Assembly: GCA_030700225.1 (NCBI GenBank)
Contig: JAUYJT010000044.1
Coordinates: forward strand, 18,516 to 82,515
DNA length: 64,000 bases
Reading direction: 5' to 3'
Source of the DNA: Candidatus Nanopelagicales bacterium
GTDB lineage: Bacteria > Actinomycetota > Actinomycetes > S36-B12 > GCA-2699445
Shown: piece by piece, positions 1-9,902 of the stretch
Layout: each line of letters opens with the position of its first letter
Numbering within the stretch: position 1 is the stretch's first letter
Notes under the pieces: generated by a model
What the model saw: only the letters and a program-made list of their open reading frames with translations
What the model was told of the DNA's origin: nothing
Databases searched by the model: none
Translations under genes and position numbers: made by a program

Positions 1-471
1 TTGATGAAGATGCTTGACCGCAGACTCGATCGCAGCTCCGACGGCCAATATCAGGACAACTCCATCGAAGCCTTCTACGCGGTGACATGCTTGGACAGAG
101 CCGCCGAAAGCGATCTGGCTGTACTAGCCAAGCGCGAGAAGGAATGGGCGAAGATCGCTCCGACCTTCGGGGCGAGCGTGGCGTGGTCAGACCTGGTTTG
201 TGGGCAGTGGCCAACACCACCCACAGGGAAACCGTTCAAGGTGGACGGCGCGGGAGCGGGACCCATCCTGGTGGTGTCACCAACCCGGGATCCGGCCACT
301 CCGTTGAAGTGGGCGCGACGGGTCGTGTCGCAACTGACCGATGGTCACCTGATCACGTGGAACGCTGACGGGCACACCGCCTACATGAACGGCTCGGCCT
401 GCGTTGACCGCGCGGTGAACGACTACCTCCTAACCGGCCGCGTGCCCAAAAACGACCCGAGGTGCGAGTAG
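1..471 (+). CDS. alpha/beta hydrolase, TAP-like (tripeptidyl aminopeptidase family), C-terminal fragment; 5' end outside window
   Basis: ORF is open from base 1 to TAG 469-471. The C-terminal ITWNADGHTAYMNGSACVDRAVNDYLLTG resembles the catalytic-His/TAP C-terminal region of secreted actinobacterial alpha/beta hydrolases (memory only). Confidence 0.5.
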   Translation: MMKMLDRRLDRSSDGQYQDNSIEAFYAVTCLDRAAESDLAVLAKREKEWAKIAPTFGASVAWSDLVCGQWPTPPTGKPFKVDGAGAGPILVVSPTRDPATPLKWARRVVSQLTDGHLITWNADGHTAYMNGSACVDRAVNDYLLTGRVPKNDPRCE

Positions 472-2154
472 ATGAGACGTCAGATGGGTCTAGGTCGAGT
501 CACGTGCGCCGTCATCGGCGTCTCGCTGCTGGTCGCCGCCAGCGCCTTGCTGGCGCCGCAGACCGTTGGGGGCGGGGCAGCGAGCGCCGACCCTGTGCGG
601 TCCGGGGTGCGAGTCGCATCTGCGTCTGAGCCGAACGAGGCAGTTCTGTCGTGGCTGCGCAGGTCGCTCTCCGGCGGCAAGCCGTGGAACGTAGTAGTAG
701 TGCTCACCGACGACCAACCCAAGTCCATGATGGAGGACATGACGGCGGTGCGCCGACAGGTAGCCGCACGCGGGATCACCTATCCAAACGCGCTCGTCCC
801 CGAGTCCATATGCTGTCCATCTCGCTCCGCCCTTCTGACCGGCCGCCTCTCAGATGAGACTGGCGTGTACGACAACACCCGGAGCGGACCACCCGGTGGA
901 TACTGGGCGTTCCGCTCCAACGGGAACGAGAAGCGCACCATCGCGGTCGCGCTCCGCAAGGCTGGATACAGAACGGGGCTCTTCGGCAAGTACTTCAACG
1001 AGTTCGGCAAGTACTTCACCGGCAAGTCACCGAAGGGATGGTCCCAGTTCCAGGCATTCACCACGACAAGCCGCAGCGGGCGCTACTTCTCATATCCGGC
1101 CAGCACACTGAAGACCAAGCGCCAGAAGCGCCGGGCGGCGTCTGGCAAGGCGGTAAGAAACTACTCAGTCCGAGTTCTGAAGAAGTACTCAACAAAGCAC
1201 TTCGGTCAGCAGACCGTACGCTTCATCAAGAGCACTCCGCGCCGCAAGCCTCTCTTCGCGCTGCTGACGCCATACGCTCCACACTCCCCATTCCGGGCGA
1301 AACAGCAGCATCGCTCGACCCTCACGGACACACGCTGGTGGGCTTCCGACCCGTCCATCATGGAACAGGACGTCTCAGACAAGCCCAAGTACGTCACCGA
1401 CCAGGACCCCGAGGAGGTCTTGGCCAATAACCCCTTGGGGAGCAAGTACGTCAGGCAGCGGGAAACGCTCCTATCCGTGGACAACCAAGTGCGCAAGATA
1501 GTTAAGGTCCTCAGGCGCACAGGACGCCTGCACCGCACTCTGCTTGTGTACACCAGCGACAACGGCTACCTGCATGGTCAGCACAGGCTGATGCGCAAGT
1601 TCGTCCCCTATCGGGCCGCGACCGAAGTGCCACTCATGATCAGATACGGGAACAGAACTCCGGTCGGCCTGTCTGACTCCAGGATCGCGGGCGCGAACAT
1701 CGACCTATCCGCCACGATCATGGCCGCTGCCCATGTGCCGTGGACTTCGGCGGGAATGTCGCTGATCGGGACGGCGAAGCGCACAGGTCTCCCCCTGAAG
1801 GCGGCCGCCTATTCGGCCAGTCCGTCAGTAAGGCGCCCACCGTACTGCGGCTGGCGAACTGACCAGGAAGCGTTCGTCCGCTACGGGTCGGGCGAGGAAG
1901 AATACTACGACTACGTTTCGGATCCGTTCGAGCTGACGAACCGCGCCGATGACCCAGAAGTGGCCGACCGAGTGGCGGTGCTGCGTTCCGCAGCGCGACT
2001 GGCGTGCGCCGACGTGCCACCGGACTTCGGCCCTTCTTTTGACGAGCCGAGCTGGGAGTACCCGCCTGACCCGACCCCGGAGCCGACCCCGGAGCCGACC
2101 CCGGAGCCAACCCCCAGCGAGAGCCCCAGCGAGTCGCCCAGCGCAACCCCCTAG
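472..2154 (+). CDS. Cys-type (formylglycine-dependent) sulfatase with Pro/Thr/Glu/Ser-rich C-terminal tail
   Basis: ATG abuts the upstream stop (TAGATG). It has an N-terminal signal-like hydrophobic segment, a VVVLTDDQ metal-site start and the sulfatase signature CCPSRSALLTGR (C-x-P-x-R). The tail reads PEPTPEPTPEPTPSESPSESP. Confidence 0.85.
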   Translation: MRRQMGLGRVTCAVIGVSLLVAASALLAPQTVGGGAASADPVRSGVRVASASEPNEAVLSWLRRSLSGGKPWNVVVVLTDDQPKSMMEDMTAVRRQVAARGITYPNALVPESICCPSRSALLTGRLSDETGVYDNTRSGPPGGYWAFRSNGNEKRTIAVALRKAGYRTGLFGKYFNEFGKYFTGKSPKGWSQFQAFTTTSRSGRYFSYPASTLKTKRQKRRAASGKAVRNYSVRVLKKYSTKHFGQQTVRFIKSTPRRKPLFALLTPYAPHSPFRAKQQHRSTLTDTRWWASDPSIMEQDVSDKPKYVTDQDPEEVLANNPLGSKYVRQRETLLSVDNQVRKIVKVLRRTGRLHRTLLVYTSDNGYLHGQHRLMRKFVPYRAATEVPLMIRYGNRTPVGLSDSRIAGANIDLSATIMAAAHVPWTSAGMSLIGTAKRTGLPLKAAAYSASPSVRRPPYCGWRTDQEAFVRYGSGEEEYYDYVSDPFELTNRADDPEVADRVAVLRSAARLACADVPPDFGPSFDEPSWEYPPDPTPEPTPEPTPEPTPSESPSESPSATP

Positions 2155-2246
2155 CGCCGGAACCGGCCACGGGGGGCGACACAACATAACGTTTCGGTAG
2201 CGCTCTGTGGAAAGCCCAAGGCGGGCCTAAAAGGCGCCGACATACA

Positions 2247-4139
2247 ATGTCGGTGATGTCTCGTCTCATCAGCGGTCTGTCCGCCATCGCATTGGGCCTG
2301 TCGGCGCTTCTGGCGCCCACGGGGGCTTCCGCGCTGAGTCCGGCCATCTCATCTGAAAAGTCTGACGACAAGGACAAGTCTGGTTCTTCGGAGCGCGACG
2401 AAGCCGCCGAGCGCGAAGCCCAAGAGGCAGCGGATAGGGCCGCCGCCGAAGCCGCGATGATCGCCGAAGCCACGAGCCGCCTGCAAGACGATCTATCCCG
2501 CACGCGGCAGGTCCGCGAGGCCGCGCGCGACCGCTACCTAGTAGCGAAGCGCCGTGCGGACAAGCTTGCCCGTGAGGTGGCGAAGGACAAGTCCGCTGTG
2601 GACCAGGCCCGCCGGATCGTCGGGCAGTACGCCAGGTCGATCTACATGGGCGGGCCGACCGACCTGACCCTCCTCGCCTCCGTGATCGACACCAACGAGC
2701 CCGGAGACCTGATCCGACGCGCGGACTCCGCCAGACGGGTGGGCGGAAGCAAGGATTACGAATTCCGTGAGGCCATGGAGGTGTTGCGGCGCACGGAGGA
2801 AACCAAGCTCGCATCGGATGCGGCACAAAGTGCCGCCGAGGTCAGCCTTGGTGCGGTGGACGATCAGCTCAACGGGCTTAGACGCCAACTGGCGGGTGTG
2901 GCTGGCCAGTGGGCGGACCATCTGGCCGTGACGACGTCGCTGCTGGATCCAGAGCAGGCCGAGCGAAACAGCAAGGCGGCGGCATCCTGGGCTGCGTACC
3001 TGACCAGACTCGCGGATCTGCGCGTACCAGTCGTCACGGCTAATCAAATCAAGACTTCAGACCTGCCCGACGGAGTCACGGCATCCCGATCCGTGCCCGG
3101 AACAGCGGTGTGGAAGAGCGGGAGCGACCGCGTCGTCGTACTTCCCGAGCGTGTGATCGCAGCTGTGACCTACGCCGTGTCAGCCCTGGGTACGCGGTAC
3201 CGCTGGCAAGCGAATGCGGCGGGAGAGCTGGATTGCTCGTCTCTGGTCGACCGTGCGTGGAACATGCCGACCGTCGGCCCTTCGGCCAAGGACAACAAGC
3301 GCGCTCTCGTGGCCGGAGGAGTTCCCGGGCTAGCCGAACGAACAGCACTGCTGCCCAGCGACAGCGGGATCATCGGCGACATCGCCTTCCTCAGCGACCG
3401 TCGGCACGGAGTCAACCACGCTGGCATCATCTTGAATGACTCGACAATGATCGCCGCGGACGCGTCCAGCGGGGGTGTCAACGCCATCCCCATCCCAAGT
3501 ACTCGCCTGTGGAAGGTGGGCCGACAAGTTCTGCCTGGTCCAAAGAGAGCAAACGCGCTACCCAAGACCACCGGCAAGCCGTGGCAATGCGGCGCGGATC
3601 CGTCAGCGCTGATGACGACGCCAGACGGCCAAGTGATCGGCAGTCCAGTGCAGTGCCCCGCGAAACCAGAGGTGTTCGGCGAGCTGAACATGGTTCCCGA
3701 AGCGATAGCCGTTGGCCGTTGCGTCGCCGCCATCTGGTCCCAGATCACCACGATCGGGGGATGGCGTCCAAGCGATCCGTATCCCGACCACCCGTCGGGA
3801 CATGCGGTCGACATCATGATGCCTGGGGGGTGCTCGACAGACCCGGCAAACGTGGCGATCGGGAACGCCATCTCGATGTTCTTCATGAAGCACGCCAAGC
3901 GATTCGGCATCAACTACATCATCTGGCACCAGAAGATCTGGACATCAAGCCAGCCCATAATGCAGCCAGCCCAATGGCGTGGCATGAGTGGCCGAGGCAA
4001 CTGCACCGCCAATCACATGGACCACGTCCACATCACGGTCGGGAATCCGCCTCCTGGAGCAGCCACTCCGCTCCCTTCACCCTCGGATGAGCCGAAGCGC
4101 AAGTCGAAGTCGCCCAAGAAGAAGTCGGGCAAGCGCTAG
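2247..4139 (+). CDS. secreted three-module peptidoglycan hydrolase: coiled-coil + NlpC/P60 + C-terminal HxH hydrolase-like domain
   Basis: Signal peptide MSVMSRLISGLSAIALGLSALLAPTGASA is followed by an Ala/Arg/Glu-rich helical region. The NlpC/P60 core is YRWQANAAGELDCSSLV...HAGIIL. The C-terminal GHAVDIMMP...INYIIWHQKIW...RGNCTANHMDHVHITV is paralogous to 13323..14465, and the tail is basic (KRKSKSPKKKSGKR). Confidence 0.8.
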   Translation: MSVMSRLISGLSAIALGLSALLAPTGASALSPAISSEKSDDKDKSGSSERDEAAEREAQEAADRAAAEAAMIAEATSRLQDDLSRTRQVREAARDRYLVAKRRADKLAREVAKDKSAVDQARRIVGQYARSIYMGGPTDLTLLASVIDTNEPGDLIRRADSARRVGGSKDYEFREAMEVLRRTEETKLASDAAQSAAEVSLGAVDDQLNGLRRQLAGVAGQWADHLAVTTSLLDPEQAERNSKAAASWAAYLTRLADLRVPVVTANQIKTSDLPDGVTASRSVPGTAVWKSGSDRVVVLPERVIAAVTYAVSALGTRYRWQANAAGELDCSSLVDRAWNMPTVGPSAKDNKRALVAGGVPGLAERTALLPSDSGIIGDIAFLSDRRHGVNHAGIILNDSTMIAADASSGGVNAIPIPSTRLWKVGRQVLPGPKRANALPKTTGKPWQCGADPSALMTTPDGQVIGSPVQCPAKPEVFGELNMVPEAIAVGRCVAAIWSQITTIGGWRPSDPYPDHPSGHAVDIMMPGGCSTDPANVAIGNAISMFFMKHAKRFGINYIIWHQKIWTSSQPIMQPAQWRGMSGRGNCTANHMDHVHITVGNPPPGAATPLPSPSDEPKRKSKSPKKKSGKR

Positions 4140-4221
4140 CCCAACTGAGTCTTTGGCCCACCGTCGCGGCGATAGGGGATCACTAGCCCGACTGCTACGA
4201 TCCCGGCGGGAGGAGGGGGCC

Positions 4222-5613
4222 GTGTCAAGTCTCGACCTGTCAAGAGTCCAATTCGCGACGACTTCCGTCTACCACTTCCTGTTCGTGCCGCTGACGATCG
4301 GCCTGTCGTTCTTCGTGGCGATCCTCCACACGAAGTGGCATCGATCAGGCGACCCGGATCACCGGCGGCTCGTCAAGTTCTTCGGAACGCTGCTTGTCAT
4401 CAATATCGCTGTCGGCGTGGTCACAGGGCTCGTCCAAGAGTTCGAGTTCGGCATGAACTGGTCCGCGTATTCTCGCTTCGTCGGTGACGTGTTCGGGGCT
4501 CCTCTGGCGATGGAAGGCCTGGCGGCCTTCTTCCTGGAATCGACTTTCCTGGGGCTGTGGCTGTTCGGATGGGACAGGCTGCCAAAGCGCGTGCACCTGG
4601 CATGCATTTGGCTCGTCGCGATCGGGACAGTCCTATCGGCGATGTTCATCATGGTCGCCAACTCGTGGATGCAGAACCCAGTCGGGTATGAGATCAACCA
4701 GTCAACCGGGCGCCCCGAACTCAACGACATCTCAGCCCTGTTCACCAACCCGGTCTTCGTGTGGGGGTTCGTCCACGTACTGCTCGCTTCGGCGGTGACG
4801 GGTGGGCTGTTCGTGCTTGGCGTTTCGGCGTGGCAGCTTCGGCGGGGCCGCGACGTGCGCATGTTCCACTACAGCGCCAAGATCGCCATCGTCGCACTGA
4901 TCCCGGCGATTCTGGGCGTCATGGGAGTCGGCAGTGAGCTCGGTGTGATCGGCGCGGAGTTCCAGCCGATGAAGGTCGCGGCCGCCGAGGCCCAGTGGGA
5001 AACCTGCCAGCCTTGCTCCTTCAGTGCGTTCCAGACCGGAGGGAACAGCAGCGCCGACAAAGCCAGCCACGTGATCGAGATCCCGAACCTCCTATCGGTT
5101 CTGGCTACCAATTCTCCCGACGGCGAGGTTCTCGGTCTGAATGAGCTGAACGCCCAGTACCAGCAGCAGTACGGGGCCGGAGACTACATACCCAACGTCT
5201 TCGTCCAGTACTGGTCAATGCGCGTCATGGCCTACCTGGCCAGCCTCGTGGCGCTCGTGGTGTTCATCGGCGCCTGGCTGCTGTTCCGGCGCAAGCTGGA
5301 TACCGCGCGATGGTTCCTGCCCGTCGCCATGATCGCCACTTTCACGCCGTACTTGATGAATGCCGCCGGCTGGATACTCACTGAGACCGGCCGGCAACCC
5401 TGGATCGTCCAAGGCCTCATGCTCACGGAGGACGGAGTTTCCCCGCCGATCTCCGCGCTCGACGTCTGGATCAGCATGTCGGTGTTCGTCCTTCTATACG
5501 TGATCCTGGCGATCGTGTGCGGCTCCCTGCTGTTGCGCTACGTCCGCAAGGGCCTGCCCGATCCAGAAGCTGACGGCGACGGTCACGATCTTCTACCCAC
5601 CTTGACTTACTAG
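4222..5613 (+). CDS. cydA: cytochrome bd ubiquinol oxidase subunit I
   Basis: GTG 4222 is preceded by GGAGGAGGGGG. The N-terminus VSSLDLSRVQFATTSVYHFLFVPLTIG is typical CydA, and the protein is polytopic. The track ORF from 3988 is an Arg/Ser-rich over-extension. Confidence 0.9.
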   Translation: MSSLDLSRVQFATTSVYHFLFVPLTIGLSFFVAILHTKWHRSGDPDHRRLVKFFGTLLVINIAVGVVTGLVQEFEFGMNWSAYSRFVGDVFGAPLAMEGLAAFFLESTFLGLWLFGWDRLPKRVHLACIWLVAIGTVLSAMFIMVANSWMQNPVGYEINQSTGRPELNDISALFTNPVFVWGFVHVLLASAVTGGLFVLGVSAWQLRRGRDVRMFHYSAKIAIVALIPAILGVMGVGSELGVIGAEFQPMKVAAAEAQWETCQPCSFSAFQTGGNSSADKASHVIEIPNLLSVLATNSPDGEVLGLNELNAQYQQQYGAGDYIPNVFVQYWSMRVMAYLASLVALVVFIGAWLLFRRKLDTARWFLPVAMIATFTPYLMNAAGWILTETGRQPWIVQGLMLTEDGVSPPISALDVWISMSVFVLLYVILAIVCGSLLLRYVRKGLPDPEADGDGHDLLPTLTY

Positions 5614-5615
5614 GA

Positions 5616-6620
5616 GTGCCCGTGGACTTGCAGGTGCTGTGGTTCATCGTCATAGCCGTACTGTGGACAGGATTCTTCATCCTGGAAGGCTTCGACTTCG
5701 GAGTCGGAGCTCTGCACGCGCTGATTGGGCGCTCCGAGATCGAGCGCCGCGTGGCCATCAACTCCGTCGGACCGTTCTGGGACGGCAACGAAGTCTGGCT
5801 AATCGTCGGAGGCGCGGCGATCTTCGCGGCCTTCCCGGCTTGGTACGCGACCATGTTCTCCGGTTTGTACTTGGCCCTGGTTTTGATACTCGCCGCGTTG
5901 ATGGTCCGCGGCACCGCCTTCGAGTACAGGGGTAAGGGCAAGACGCAGCGCTGGCGCTCCAACTGGAGTCGAGGGCTCGCGGTCGGCAGCGTTCTGGCGC
6001 CACTGCTCATAGGCGTGGGGCTCGGCGACCTGTTGGCGGGGCTCCCGATCGGCGCCGACCAGGAATACACGGGCACATTCTGGAACGTCTTGACTCCATA
6101 CGGGCTAGCCACAGGAGTGACTCTGCTTGTTCTGTGCCTGATGCACGGTTCCGCTTTCCTAGCGTTGAAGACAACCGATGAGGTAAGCCGGCGATCCGAG
6201 GCGCTGGCCCGCCCGCTGTCCCTGGCCGCGCTGACGCTGGTCGTGATCTGGGGCATCTGGACGGGCCTGGTCGGCGGATCGAACTCGCCTGTCGCGCTCG
6301 CGCTGCAGGCATTGATGGTCGTCGGAGCGATCCTCGCCGCCGTCCGGGTCAGGACAGGGAATCAAGGTCAAGCATTCGCGGCCAGCGCCATCACGATCGG
6401 TGCGGCCGTCGCTTCGTTGTTCGCCAGTCTCTACCCCAACGTCATGGTGTCTAGCACCAGCGCGGCGAACAACCTCACCGTCGCGGGCACCGCCTCAGGG
6501 GACTACGCCCTGAGAATCATGAGCATTGTCGCGGTTGTCCTGTTCCCGGTGGTCCTGATCTACCAGGGCTGGACCTACCACGTGTTTCGCAAGCGCGTCT
6601 CGGCGCCAGCTCAGTCCTGA
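5616..6620 (+). CDS. cydB: cytochrome bd ubiquinol oxidase subunit II
   Basis: GTG lies 2 nt after the cydA stop. The N-terminus VDLQVLWFIVIAVLWTGFFILEGFDFGVG is typical CydB. Confidence 0.9.
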   Translation: MPVDLQVLWFIVIAVLWTGFFILEGFDFGVGALHALIGRSEIERRVAINSVGPFWDGNEVWLIVGGAAIFAAFPAWYATMFSGLYLALVLILAALMVRGTAFEYRGKGKTQRWRSNWSRGLAVGSVLAPLLIGVGLGDLLAGLPIGADQEYTGTFWNVLTPYGLATGVTLLVLCLMHGSAFLALKTTDEVSRRSEALARPLSLAALTLVVIWGIWTGLVGGSNSPVALALQALMVVGAILAAVRVRTGNQGQAFAASAITIGAAVASLFASLYPNVMVSSTSAANNLTVAGTASGDYALRIMSIVAVVLFPVVLIYQGWTYHVFRKRVSAPAQS

Positions 6621-6641
6621 CCGTCAGTCCGCGGCAGGAAG

Positions 6642-7301
6642 CTACCCGAGCGCGGAATAGGCCAGAAGAGCGGCGAACAGGAACGCTATGGCGGCGTTGA
6701 TCTGCTTGGCGTGGCTCCTCGTGAAGCGGTTCATGGCGCTCAACCACCTGTCCGAACGCGAGCCCATCAACGTAACCGCCAGCGCGGGCAAGATGACCGG
6801 GGCCAGAGTGCAGAAGAACACCAGAGCCAGCATCAACCCTTGGGTCACCAAGCTCGTCGCTGAATTCATGATGTCGTGGGTGGCTGGCAGTATCAGGACC
6901 ACGCTCGAGAAGTTCGTGACCATGCCCGTCAAGCCGACCGCTACGAATGTCCCGAGGCCGGCGTTCTTCAGGCGCGCCGCGGTCTTGGCTGGTGGCTTGC
7001 CCTGATCCTTCCCCCTGCGTAGCGCCCGGACGCCCAGCAGTAGGAGCAGGGCAGCCGCCGCTAGCTTGATGAGTCGCTCGGTCTCGGACATATGAGTCGA
7101 CGAGAGCGTGACGGTCGCGGCGACCGTCGCCAGGACGAACATGTAGGCACCAGCCGCTATCGCCACACCCAGGGCGAATGACCATGCGCGCGCCACCGGG
7201 CGAATCGCTCCCGACAGGATCAGCAGCTGCAGCCCCAGAAGAGTTGGGCTCACCGCGGCCCCGAGAGCCAACGGAACGACTTCCGCCTCCAGCGATGTCA
7301 C
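6642..7301 (-). CDS. polytopic membrane protein (GAP/DUF2910-like, function unknown)
   Basis: The protein has hydrophobic helices separated by a central basic loop RRGKDQGKPPAKTAARLK. The start was moved to GTG 7301 because the track ORF (to 7478) overlaps the upstream permease gene. The family call is tentative. Confidence 0.5.
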   Translation of the reverse strand: MTSLEAEVVPLALGAAVSPTLLGLQLLILSGAIRPVARAWSFALGVAIAAGAYMFVLATVAATVTLSSTHMSETERLIKLAAAALLLLLGVRALRRGKDQGKPPAKTAARLKNAGLGTFVAVGLTGMVTNFSSVVLILPATHDIMNSATSLVTQGLMLALVFFCTLAPVILPALAVTLMGSRSDRWLSAMNRFTRSHAKQINAAIAFLFAALLAYSALG

Positions 7302-7333
7302 ACCAAGACGGTAGCGTCCTCTCGCACGAACAA

Positions 7334-8206
7334 TCAGCTGTGCGCTGGTACTGCCGGGGCCACAGTGCGACTTCGTCGAGTAATCAGCCATCCGGCCAGC
7401 CACGCCAGAGTCGCCACGGCGATCACGAAGAAGCTCGGCGGAAGGTTGAACATCGCCGAAAGCGTCAAGCCGAACCACACCGAAGCGATGCTGATCAGCG
7501 ACCCGATCGCGATGACCGCAGCCGGGCGTGCCGTGACCATGAACGCGGTCGCGGCGGGCGTCACGACCAGTCCGAACAGCAGCAGGGTGCCTACGACCTG
7601 CACCGCCATCGTGATAACCAATGCGAGTAGCAGCATGAACACAATGCTCAGGGTTCGCACCGGCAGCCCTTTCGCCTCAGCGACCAGCGGGTCCAGTGAA
7701 GCGAACCTGAGAGGCCGGAACACGACGGCGATCGCGGCCACCAGCGCGAACATCAGCCCCGCGAACAGGACCAGTTCACTGGTCTTGATGGCCAGAAGGT
7801 TCCCGAACAGCACACTGGTCACGGTGGCCGCGCCCTGCGTCGCGAGGCTGGCGAACAGGATCCCCAATCCCGAAGCGAAAGCCAGGACCGTCCCTGTGGC
7901 CACTTCTCGCTGGGACGCCCTGTCTCCAAGCACACCGATGACGAGGCCTCCAACGGCGCAGAACACGAGCAGGCCCAGTGAGATAGGAGCCCCGACGAGC
8001 AACGCTCCCGTAGCCCCGGGAAACCCTATGTGCGCTAGGGCGTGCGCCGCGAAAGCGCTGGATCGAATGATCACGAAGTAGCCGATCAGGCCCGAGGCGA
8101 GGGCAACGACGGTTCCGCCCAGGAATGCGTTCCGCATGAAGGTGGACGTAACTACGTCAATCCATTCCGGCTCGAACCCCGCCGCGATCTGATTGGTCAC
8201 GCTCAT
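7334..8206 (-). CDS. znuB: metal (zinc-type) ABC transporter permease, ABC-3 family
   Basis: The protein is polytopic, with FMRNAFLGGTVVALASGLIGYFVIIRSSAFAAHALAHIGFPGA typical of ZnuB/MntB-type permeases. It overlaps the ATPase gene by 4 nt, and a Zur gene and Zur box lie adjacent. Confidence 0.85.
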   Translation of the reverse strand: MSVTNQIAAGFEPEWIDVVTSTFMRNAFLGGTVVALASGLIGYFVIIRSSAFAAHALAHIGFPGATGALLVGAPISLGLLVFCAVGGLVIGVLGDRASQREVATGTVLAFASGLGILFASLATQGAATVTSVLFGNLLAIKTSELVLFAGLMFALVAAIAVVFRPLRFASLDPLVAEAKGLPVRTLSIVFMLLLALVITMAVQVVGTLLLFGLVVTPAATAFMVTARPAAVIAIGSLISIASVWFGLTLSAMFNLPPSFFVIAVATLAWLAGWLITRRSRTVAPAVPAHS

Positions 8207-8973
8207 CCGCTCCTCGTGAACAGGTCGCCCTGCGCTGTCCTGACGACACGGATCTTCGTCCCATACAAGTGAGTCAGAAGCTCCTCGCTTACCGCTTCGT
8301 CCAACGACGCGTAATGCGCGTGACCGTCGAACAGGTAGATGACGCTGTTGATGAGCGACAGCAGGGGGTTCAGGTCGTGAGTGACGATCAGGATCCCGAT
8401 ACCACGCTGATCATGCACGCGGCCGAGCACAGATACCAGCTCGTTCTGGTTCCTCAGGTCCAAGCTGGCGAACGGTTCGTCCAGCACGAGGAGCTCCGGG
8501 TCGCCGACGAGAGCGCGGGCAATCGCGACTCGCTGCTGCTGGCCACCTGACAGGTCAGCGACCCGCCGATCGCCAGATTCCGCCGCCCCAGCGTCCGCCA
8601 GAGCAGCATCTACGTCATCCAACTGTCTCTGAGTAGCCCGACGAAGCCCCCACTGGTACCCGGTCAAGCCCATCATCACCTGATCACGCGCCAGCAAGAA
8701 CTCCCCGCTGGCCGTGCCGTAATGCTGCGGCACGTAGCCGACTCGCCGATCACCCTTGCGGGGACGCGTTCCGAGCACTTCGACTGATCCGCTCGCGGGA
8801 GGCAGCAGTCCCAAAAGCAAGTGCAGCAGCGTGGTCTTGCCGGAACCGTTGGGGCCAATCACGGCCACGACGGAGCCCTGGGGCACGTCGAAGGAACCTT
8901 CCGACCAGATCAACGATCCATGCCGCGCCACGCTCACGTCGCGCAGACTGATCATGGGGGCGACGTCGCTCAT
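8203..8973 (-). CDS. znuC: metal ABC transporter ATP-binding protein
   Basis: Walker A GPNGSGKTT, ABC signature LSGGQQQRVAIARAL and Walker B LLVLDEP are present. It overlaps both neighbours by 4 nt. Confidence 0.9.
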   Translation of the reverse strand: MSDVAPMISLRDVSVARHGSLIWSEGSFDVPQGSVVAVIGPNGSGKTTLLHLLLGLLPPASGSVEVLGTRPRKGDRRVGYVPQHYGTASGEFLLARDQVMMGLTGYQWGLRRATQRQLDDVDAALADAGAAESGDRRVADLSGGQQQRVAIARALVGDPELLVLDEPFASLDLRNQNELVSVLGRVHDQRGIGILIVTHDLNPLLSLINSVIYLFDGHAHYASLDEAVSEELLTHLYGTKIRVVRTAQGDLFTRSG

Positions 8974-9893
8974 CCTCGCACCCCCAGTGCCCCAGCCAGA
9001 GCCCTGAGCTGACTGACTTGCCAGTCAGCGAACGATGAGGCACCGGGAACCACCGTCTCAGTCACCGCCACTACTGGAACGGAGGCTTCTCTAGCGTCCC
9101 GCTCGATCATCTCCGGCACAGCGCCCGATACCTGCGAGTTGAATATCAACACCGCCATTTGGTGACCTTCCAATGCCGCCTTGAAGTCCTTGAGGTCTCC
9201 CGGGGACGGCTCCCCTTCGTTCGCGGAGGACCGCCGGTATCCAGCTGGGGTCCGATTGACCAGGCCCAGTGCGTCGGCCATGTAGTCGAACAACGGTTCG
9301 GTGGCTCCGAAGGGCTTCCCGGCGGCTTGCTTCCTGATGCGCGCGATCTCGGCATAGTAGGGCCGCATGGACTCGGTCCAAGCGGCCTGCCGCGCTGCGA
9401 AGTACCCCGCCGCATCCGGCGACTGCGCAGACAGTTGCCGCGTTATCGCACGCGCCGTCTCGGCCACGTACTCGGGGCTGTACCACAGGTGGGGGTTGGC
9501 TCCGGCGGACACTCGATTCACTACTGCCGCGTCCACCACATCTGGCTGAGCGGGCAGAGCCTCCACGACACCAGAGGCCCACGCGTCATACCCCGCACCG
9601 TTGACGACTACTAGGTCGGCCTCATCAAATGCCGCCAGATCGGACGGCGTCGGCTCGAAGTCGTGGGGATCGATGGATGAGTTGGCCACGGCAGTTGTGA
9701 CCTGCGCGCATTCCCCACCGAGCTGCTGAGCGATGTCGCCCCACTGGTCGACGCTGGCGACCACTTCCACTACTCGCCCACCACACGAGGAGCCGACTAC
9801 GCCGCCATCTGGCGCGGTCTGCGAGCACGCGACAACCGTCAGCGTGGCTGCGGCCATCAGGGCCGCCAGGCGAGTCCCCATCCGGGCCCCCAT
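8970..9893 (-). CDS. znuA: metal ABC transporter substrate-binding lipoprotein (TroA/ZnuA family)
   Basis: The lipoprotein signal is LTVVACSQ. The size and position as first gene of the znuACB-like operon, divergent from zur, support the call. Confidence 0.8.
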   Translation of the reverse strand: MGARMGTRLAALMAAATLTVVACSQTAPDGGVVGSSCGGRVVEVVASVDQWGDIAQQLGGECAQVTTAVANSSIDPHDFEPTPSDLAAFDEADLVVVNGAGYDAWASGVVEALPAQPDVVDAAVVNRVSAGANPHLWYSPEYVAETARAITRQLSAQSPDAAGYFAARQAAWTESMRPYYAEIARIRKQAAGKPFGATEPLFDYMADALGLVNRTPAGYRRSSANEGEPSPGDLKDFKAALEGHQMAVLIFNSQVSGAVPEMIERDAREASVPVVAVTETVVPGASSFADWQVSQLRALAGALGVRG

Positions 9894-9902
9894 CCGGTAC
9901 AG

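Noticed and set aside
3988-4221. N-terminal 78-codon extension of the cydA ORF in the track
   Set aside because: The extension is Arg/Ser-rich with no coding bias and overlaps the upstream gene. GTG 4222 has a strong RBS and gives the canonical CydA N-terminus.
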